A program made the position numbers and the translations under genes. Of a DNA stretch of 64,000 nucleotides, positions 55,640 through 64,000 are shown in pieces (the stretch's first letter is position 1; each line of letters begins with the position of its first letter). Origin of the DNA: Eledone cirrhosa (lineage: Eukaryota). The notes beneath the pieces were generated by a model. It did not search any database. It was not told the origin of the DNA and worked only from the letters and a program-made list of their open reading frames with translations. Location: the NCBI GenBank assembly GCA_964016885.1, contig OZ024743.1, forward strand, positions 85,746,001-85,810,000. Direction: 5' to 3'.

Positions 55640-58600
55640 ATGAGCGACACAATGCGAAGGACTGATTTTTCGCACGATTTCGAACACACAAAAAAACCGG
55701 CTTTCCTTACTCAAGGCGAAATTGAAATCATCTTGGAAGAGGCAATGCCACACATACACTTATACAAAGGGCTAAACTATATGGAAGCATATCGGTGCTC
55801 TTCAAAAGTGAGGCCCTTGCAAAAAAATATTCAATGTCCCCAGTCACCTCTGCCAGACACACCTTTTTCCCTACATACATGGAAAAAAGAACACAAAAAT
55901 AAACATTTTAAACATACCACCCAACATTAACATCTGGTTAATTCTGGCAGGGTTCTTGGAGGAAGAGGAAGACACAATACTGTCGATTAAAAAATCCAGA
56001 AGAAACACCTGGAACGGCACAAGCTTGGAAATGTTGGTCCAAATGAAACCGGACAGAATTTCCAAGATACCAGAAAGAGTGCCAGTAGAAAATACAAACT
56101 ATATACACATTTCGGCAGAAGGGGGAGGCCACATTGTTTTAAATACGCAAGCACATCGCATTTCAAGGCCTCCTGTCCCCAAACACAAATGGCCACCATA
56201 AAAAGAAAACAACAAAATAAACAACAAACCAAAACAACACAACAAAAAAACAAACAACAATACACATACATTAACACAAACAACAAAAACCTAATGGAGG
56301 TCACCTCCCAAGACCCCAAAGTAGAAACTGAGGGGAAAACTTTTGTCAAGGCAGGCTCTCAAGAACACCTAAAACTGATAAGGGTTTCGATAGAAACCTA
56401 TCAGAAATTAAAAGAACAATTTTCACAGGACGTTGGCAGCCCCTGTCAAAAGCCCATTAACCGCGTCCTATTAAAATGTTTCCCCACCCTCACTCAACAC
56501 CCCCACTCAACACCACCACCAGCACCCAAATGGAGATTGAACAACCTGATCTCCAGGAAACGAAAAGGTAACTGCATCTTTTCGTCTTTTTTCGCCAACT
56601 CTTCTCCGCCAACATGGCTAATTTACGAGTTGGAAGTGTGAATGTGCGTGGCCTAGGGATACCCTGGAAACAGGGCCAACTTTTAAATGACCTTAGGTCA
56701 TACGGTATGGATGTGATAGCCATCACCGAGTCCAGAATCTACAACAGGCAGCAACTAACCCCCATCTTCAATGACTTTGAGATCTACGCATCTCTCTGTC
56801 AGCCAGGAGGTGGAGGGGAGTGGCTGTCATGTTTCGGAAAAACCTGGACCTCGAAATACAGCAAGTACACTTGGACCCGGAGGGTAGATTAGTAGTCCTA
56901 GACGTGAACAGTCTTGGAGGTGGAGCCTTTATGCCCCGACTGGGTGACTGGTGACCAGACTGGTGACCGTTTATGCCCCGACTGGGCAATCGCGGCCAGA
57001 CTTCTTTAAGCGTCTAGAGTCTTTTCTGGGAACGTCTCTTCTTGCTTTTAGTGGGGGACAGGAATGGTATCTTAGACGCACGATGGGACTATGTAGGATC
57101 ATGTCCCAGTAGGGAGGGGTGCAACAGCCTCAAAAATTTAATCGGCCAATTCCAACTGGCCGATAGGTATCGACTAGATTTCCCGACTGCACCAGTGGAC
57201 GTGGACAAACCGCAGCGAAACTTCTAGATCGTATTTAGACAGGTCCTTTATTAGACAGAGAGACAAGAAGATGTTAAGCTATCCACAAATGCACATGGTT
57301 ACCTATTCAGACCACAAACTAGTCATCTGCATAGTCAATCATGATACATAGACAAGGACCCAGATACTGGAAGCTGAACGTGTCGCTACCGACACGTAAA
57401 ACTTACAGTGAACGGATAAGTAGATTAGTTAAGCAATAGTTGACGGGAGCCATCGTCAATAATAGATGGTGGTACTCTCTCAAGAGAGCAATTAGAGTAG
57501 AGTCGATAGCTTTTAGCAAAGAACTAGCCTTAGAGAAAAACAAAACAGAAACAGAACTAATAGCCAAGGTAGAGGAGGCGCTGGACCAGTTTTTCGATGC
57601 GAAACACGAAGGCTGCGTTGTCAGAAGTAAATCACGTGCTCTAGGAAACGAGGGAGAAAAAGCTGTAAGCTGGGCCCGAGCAGCAGAGGCAAAAAGTGGC
57701 AACAAGTCCACGATTCGGTCTTTGAAAGACCAAAACGGACGCGTGCTACTTGACTCCAAGCGGATGTGCACGGCATTTCAGCGGCACTTTGTGCAACTAT
57801 TCGAGCAGAGCGACGGTGCGCCGAACGGGGCAATGGACTTCGGTTCATACCTCGACGGCCTGCCGCGTCTCTCACGCATGGACACCGAGTTCTGCGGAAG
57901 ACAGATCACAGCCTCTGAGATATGGGACGTTCTGGGCCGCTGCGGGAAACGCAAATCACCCGGTCTAGATGGTCTACCCTATGAGCTTTACATAGGCATG
58001 CCGGACTTGTTCTCTGGCGTCCTCGAAGCCATCTACTGCAACTGGCAGCAGAACGAGAGAATTCCCAGTTCTGCAGGCAGGGGCGTAGTAACGCTGATCA
58101 GGAAAGACGAGAACAAGGGGGACGAACTAAGCAACTTTAGGTCCATAACTCTGCTCAACACAGAGTTAAAGATTTTGGCCAAGGTGTTGGCAACGAGGTT
58201 GGCGTTTATCGTCGAGAACCTAGTAGGGAAAGCTCAAACGTGTGCAATCCCGACCAGGTACATACACGACGACCTCCACCTCATGCGATACATCATAGAG
58301 AGGGTGGGTAGTAAACCCAGCTTCGGTGGGGCTCTGATCAATTTGGATCAGTCTAAGGCATTCGATAGGGTCGACCATCGATACTTGGAAGCGGTTCTCA
58401 AGGTGGCCGGTTTCGGTCCCGTTTTCAGAGGCTGGATCGAGGCGATGCATACCAGCATCTGCTCGAGGGTCAAGGTGAACGGCTACCTATCGGAGCCATT
58501 CGCAATCACGCGTTCCATTCAACAGGGGTGCCCTCTCTCCTCCATTCTGTATGTATTGACTCTAGAGCCACTACTACGGAAATTGGAGCTGTTGCAGGGC

Positions 58601-59945
58601 ATCCCTCTAGAACTGGGACTGCGCAAAGTGGCGCGGCTTATGCCGACGACGTGACGGTAATGGTGTCGAGCACCTCGGAAATCGGGGTGATCGGCAACTT
58701 ACTGAAAGAATACGAAACGCTGACGGGAGCAAAACTAAACCCGGACAAGTCTGTCAGTTTGCAACTCGGAACGTGGAGAGGCAAACCGATGCCGTCCGAC
58801 AGCGTCGTCGGACGGACGGACGAACCGGTGAAATTGCTCGGGGTCTGGACCTCCAGGTGGAGAAACCCTGGAACGAAGTCACGGCCAGGGTATTTGCGCT
58901 CACCCAGAAGTGGGCAGAGTGCAAACTATCCTTGAAAGGTCGAGCGGAGGTGGCGAACACTTTCATAGCGTCCGTCATCTACCGTCGTGCCTTGTCCTCG
59001 TGAACAGCTCACCAAGATGGAGCGCATGCTCTTACAGTTCCTTTGGAAGAAGCAGGCTCTACTGGTGAGGAGATCCGTCTGCTGTCAGCACCCTTCCATC
59101 AGAGGACTGGGAATGCCGTGGCTGATGATGTGCAAACATGCGCTGAGGCTACGGCATCTACAGGTATTTCTCACCGACCCCCAACCGGTGTGGGCACCGT
59201 TTGTGAGACAGGTCTTCCCGCAAATTGTCTCGCTGACGGAGCTGCAGTCCTGGGTCAAGCGCAGACCAAAAAAGATGGGCGCCTGGAACATTGAATGCGC
59301 TCACAGTCCTCTGGCAAACGGGCACGCCAATCAGTGGAGACTCCACTTCAACAATCTATAGAGGATTAGTACGTTACAAGGGCGACGACGTGCTCGGGGA
59401 GACTCTGGGCGTCGAAGACGACGAGCTCACCAGTCTATTTGGTAGGACTTTCCGCCCGGGACCTATGGACAACTTCCAGAGGTCCCTGGCCTGGCAGTGC
59501 TACCGAGGAGTTTTACCAGTGCGAGACAAGATCTACAGGCACGGACGCCCCGGCAGGGATCCTTCCAAGAGGACGTGTCCAAGATGCGAACAGGACATTG
59601 AAACCGTCTTGCACGCAATTGTACACTGCCCGGGCGTAACCGACCTGTGGAACTACGCAGAACAAATGCTGTCGCGTATGGGACACATCCAGTTGACTGC
59701 CGAGTCCATAGTAAGGATCAAACCGCCAACCTCTTTCAAAAACGAAAGAGAGGCGGTTTTCCTCTGTATAGTGGTACGGTGAGAGAGGTTATATGGTGGA
59801 CAAGATTGAGAGGACTGAGGACAGATGCCTTTCTCTCCGGACAACAACTCATTCCCTTCGTTAGATACCACTTTAGAAGGAGAATCGGAGTGGAGAGAGA
59901 GGCACTGCACCCCAGTAAATTTACTGAAAAGTGGGTGAATGCAGC

Positions 59946-59976
<31 letters not shown>

Positions 59977-60250
59977 TGAGTGATTGGGCCTTCTCTGTAT
60001 ATAAACCTGTAGGTTGAAGAAGAGAGCAAAAGGAAGAAAGGAGCACTTGCACAACACGCTCCTGAAGTTGAGGGTTGTTCTATCGACGGGGTATTAAACC
60101 CATTTGTGGCGCCTTCCCCCTATTGGGGATTTCGATTGTTATAATTGTTTGTTTCAATTTTTTTTACACGACTATATGTAAAATCGCCGGTATGTATCTT
60201 TGTATTGTCCCCTTTTCTTGTGCGCCCTTGTGGCAAATAAAGAAATATAT
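55640..60250 (+). mobile_element. Degenerate near full-length Tx1/L1-clade LINE (ORF1, APE, RT, CCHC)
   Basis: ORF2 MANLRVGSVNVRGL; KSPGLDGLPYE; NFRSITLLNTELKILAKVLA; LDQSKAFDRVDH; QGCPLS; YADDVT; CPRC....ETVLHAIVHC; many frameshifts. Confidence 0.92.
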
Positions 60251-60710
60251 CTGTAATAGATGAATATAGGTGACAACTTTAAAATGTCACTAATAATTCA
60301 ATTCTTCTATCTTGTACTCTCTTCGCAACTATCGTGCTCCAATTCACCTGTCGGATGTTGTAGAAAAATATGGGCGATACGTCTTCAGTACTTGACTAAA
60401 AATACAACAACCGCCACTCGCAATCAGGTATGACTTGGTAAGTATGTACCATGCTTTCACTTTTTGGTTTTAGTTGCCTATTTAGTCGCAAACAGACGCA
60501 GACACTATTTCAACTTCCTCTCATTTGATTCAGGGGAACATCCAGGATGTGACAGCTAGGAGATAGGGATATACCAGTACTGGATATACCAGTACTGGAC
60601 AGGTACTTTCTTCATCGACCCCGAAAGAATGAACGGCAAAGTGAACCTCCATGGGATTTGAACTCAGAACACAGCGACTCGGAATAAACTGCCAGACTAT
60701 TGTTCTCTAA

Positions 60711-61400
60711 TATGAGGGTCGGTTGAAAAGTTCACAGGCTGACCAAGATACTTTCATGAAATGTGACCGAATAAAATTTATTTTTCAACATTGTGGTCCA
60801 CATTTCTTCCATCAGCGTTGCAGTGCTTGGATCCCATTGGTGATAAAGCTTTCATCCCGTTGGTTAAAAAAAAAGTCAACAGCAAATATGACATCATCAC
60901 TGCAATACTAGTTCCCAGTCAAGTATATTTTCACGTCGGGGCACAAATGATAGTCAAATGGGGGCCAAATCAGGAGTAATGGGGAGGGGGTATTAACCAG
61001 TTAAAAGCCAGTCACACAGCAGCCATTGAAACCAGGGACTTGTGTGTTGGAGCATGGCCCTGATAAAACAAGACCCTTTTCGTCTGTTTTCCTGGGCGTT
61101 TGGTCTTGATAGCCTTTCGTAACTTTCACAGCAAGTTGGCATGGCCCTTTTGAAGGTAGTCAATAAACAATTCCTTTTGAATCACCAAATTTGAGGCTAT
61201 CACCTTCTCTGCAGAAGAAACGACCTTAGGCTTCTTTGGAGCAGGCGAGGAGAGGTGTTTCCAAGGTATGGACTGTCTCTGGCTCAATGTGATGGATCCA
61301 ACACTTATCCTGGATTAGGAAACGTCCAAGGAAACCAACTGGATTTGCCTTAAACAATGTCAGATTTTCCAGTGATGTGTTCAGCCTGGTGATCATATCA
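60711..61400 (-). mobile_element. Mariner transposon relic
   Basis: TA + tgagggtcggttgaaaagttc TIR-like end; reverse complement encodes YS.DLAP.DYHL and GIQALQR.WKKC remnants. The right boundary is approximate. Confidence 0.75.
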
Positions 61401-61822
61401 TATGATTAATTTTCGTAACTAACGAAAATCTGAAACGGAAAATTTGCGTTTTATACTAATTTACATATTTCACTTACTATTATGGAGAGAGAGAGAGAGA
61501 AATAAAGAGAGAGAAAGAGAGATAGAGAGAAAGAGCGAGAGAGAGACGCTTGAGTAAAAACAATAATGTGGACATTATAGATATATGATTGTTCAACAAG
61601 TGGCAATTGAAAACCGCTGAAGTCAATTTTGTCTTTCATCCTTTCGAGGTCGAAAACAAAGTACCAGTCAAATACTGGTTAGATTCTCCCCCCTCTCTTT
61701 CTGGAAGAAATCAGCTGTGTTCAGACCTGGAGTGGGGATGGACTCCGCCAAGTTTAAGGTATCCAATCAGGAGTTACAGATCAACCCCCCTCCCCCCCCC
61801 CACAGACACACACAATCTGTAC

Positions 61823-61855
<33 letters not shown>

Positions 61856-62771
61856 CTGTTCCTTGTGGCATCTATTTCAAAACAGTCCAGCTTGTGTAGT
61901 TTAGCCTGTGAGGTTGCCCGGGGCACATCAGGTTTGGGGGCCCCTTCATACACAAAAGTTAGAATACACAGCAAGTCCTCCCAAATTTTCATAAAGTTAG
62001 CTTAGCGCATAAAATTGGAATTGAAAAGTTATTCATACAGGTATTAAGTTTTAAAATTCTAACCATCCTAAAAATAAAAAGCCTAGTTGAGGGTACAAAT
62101 AAATTGCTACGGCAGTCGCTGGTGGGTCCCACACAGCAGGGGGCCCGGGGAAAGTGCCTCCTCCCCCCATTAAATCCGGTCCTGGTTGCCGCCACCGTAA
62201 ACTCAAGGTTCCGAGTAGGCACTGTAAAATCCAATCCTTCGGCTGGGGTGGGGTGTGCTGGCACAAAAAAAAAAAAAAAAAAAAAAAAAAATCAATATTT
62301 CCGGTAGGCGGCGGTGGGAAGTGTATGCTTGGGTAGGTAATCCATTTAAGGGAAAGGAAATCCCACTGCCTTGAGGCCATACCCACTCACACTTATTGTA
62401 AAGGATTTGAGAGTAAAATCCGAGGGCAAACACGGAATTTATCTTTCAACATCCTGTAATGATTGAACAGGAAATATCCAAGAGAAAATAAAAATAAAAT
62501 AAAACAAGATTTAATTCAAAAGATTTGCAGTATTTGTTCCAGGTCGCTGCGTTCTGAGTTCAAATCCCGGTGGCAATTTACTAGACTTTCCCCATTCTCC
62601 AAATTGTTTGTCTTATGACTAAACTAGCTGAGGTATGTTTTGAATAGCTTTACTAGAGGACAGATTGTTACGAAAATTAGTAGTAAAGATTAATTTGAAA
62701 TGTGATACACTCCTAGTGCAGCTTTTTAAAAAAAAACAAAGAAAAAAAACGTTTCGCTAACGGCTAAGAGA

Positions 62772-63531
62772 GGAGAGTTACCACACGAGAAACTGGCAGT
62801 GTGACGTGAAGAGGGGAGAGTTACCACACGAGAAACTGGCGGTGTGACGTGAAGAGGGGGGGGGGGGGGGGGGGGGAGTTTCCACGCGAGAAACTGACGG
62901 TGTGACGTGAAGAGGGAAGAGTTACCACACGAGAAACTGGCAGTGTGACGTGAAGAGGGGAGAGTTAGCACACGAGAAACTGGCAGTGTGACGTGAAGAG
63001 GGGAGAGTTACCACACGAGAAACTGGCAGTGTGACGTGAAGAGGGGAGAGTTACCACACGAGAAACTGGCGGTGTGACGTGAAGAGGGGAGAGTTACCAC
63101 ACGAGAAACTGGCGGTGTGACGTGAAGAGGGGGGGGGGGAGTTACCACGCGAGAAACTGACGGTGTGACGTGAAGAGGGAAGAGTTACCTCACGAGAAAC
63201 TGGCAGTGTGACGTGAAGAGGGGAGAGTTACCACAGCAGAAACTGGCGGTGTGACGTGAAGAAGGGAGAGTTACCCCACGAGAAACTGGCGGTGTGACGT
63301 GAAGAGGGGAGAGTTACCACACAAGAAACTGGCAGTGTGACGTGAAGAGGGGAGAGTTACCACACGAGAAACTGGCAGTGTGACGTGAAGAGGGGAGAGT
63401 TACCACACGAGAAACTGGCAGTGTGACGTGAAGAGGGGAGAGTTACCACACGAGAAACTGGCGGTGTGACGTGAAGAGGGGAGAGTTACCACAGCAGAAA
63501 CTGGCGGTGTGACGAAGAGGGGAGAGTTACC
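62772..63531. repeat. 43 bp minisatellite, ~17 copies
   Basis: gagagttaccacacgagaaactggc(a/g)gtgtgacgtgaagaggg (e.g. 63003, 63046). Confidence 0.97.
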
Positions 63532-63537
63532 ATTGCG

Positions 63538-63742
63538 GGTGAGAGAGCGAGTGTGAGTGAGAGAGCGAGTGTGAGTGAGAGAGCAAGTGTGAGTGATTGA
63601 GCGAGTGTGAGTGATAGAGCGAGTGTGAGTGATAGAGCGAGTGTGAGTGATAGAGCGAGTGTGAGTGAGAGAGCGAGTGTGAGGAGAGAGCGAGTGTGAG
63701 TGACTGAGTGAGCGAATGAGCGAGTGAGAGAGTGAGCGAGCG
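63538..63742. repeat. 18 bp GA/GT-rich minisatellite
   Basis: gagtgtgagtga(g/t)agagc repeats. Confidence 0.9.
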
Positions 63743-64000
63743 TGAAACAGTTTTGTCACTTTAACCACCATTAGTTCAGATAAAATAAAATACTAAATTA
63801 CAATATGTACAAGAATCGATGTATGATCGAATCGCAGGTGTGCCGTCTTGAGTATTTAAATTTGGCGGAGCTCATACCCTCTCCATGTCTGAACACAGCC
63901 GATTTCTTCCAGAGGTGAAGTGAGAGATATAGAGGAAGAATCGATTCTAGTACTGGACTGACTTTCTAGTACTGGACCGACTTTAGCTCAAATGGATGAA

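Noticed and set aside
62772-63531. CRISPR-like array
   Set aside because: Head-to-tail repeats with no unique spacers, no cas genes, eukaryotic context

Overview
Eukaryotic, very AT-rich genomic DNA; the SINE/LINE content and giant (TA)n tracts suggest an octopus-like cephalopod (inference). Only two host coding pieces are supported: the last coding exon of an NXT1/NXT2 (NTF2-like export factor) gene (9485-9642, +) and an intronless GT31 beta-1,3-glycosyltransferase ORF (50531-51871, -). Between their convergent 3' ends lies a ~35 kb compound (TA)n/(TATG)n array used as a landing pad by a near full-length RTE LINE, CR1-group LINEs and several Penelope-like elements (PLEs, GIY-YIG). A piggyBac relic, a Tx1/L1 relic, a mariner relic, SINEs and minisatellites occur elsewhere. 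Main discovery: about 19 type-I minimal hammerhead ribozyme (HHR) motifs from about 9 sequence families, read by eye. Some sit in PLE 3' ends, others in non-coding 250-570 bp units (retrozyme-like tandem arrays), and some have U3-A8 core variants. Many inserts are head-to-head pairs, often of different families, joined by fold-back palindromes or microhomology, with 3' ends usually running into (TA)n. This suggests twin-primed, template-switching retrotransposition into a self-complementary target. All folds were done manually and none is experimentally verified.
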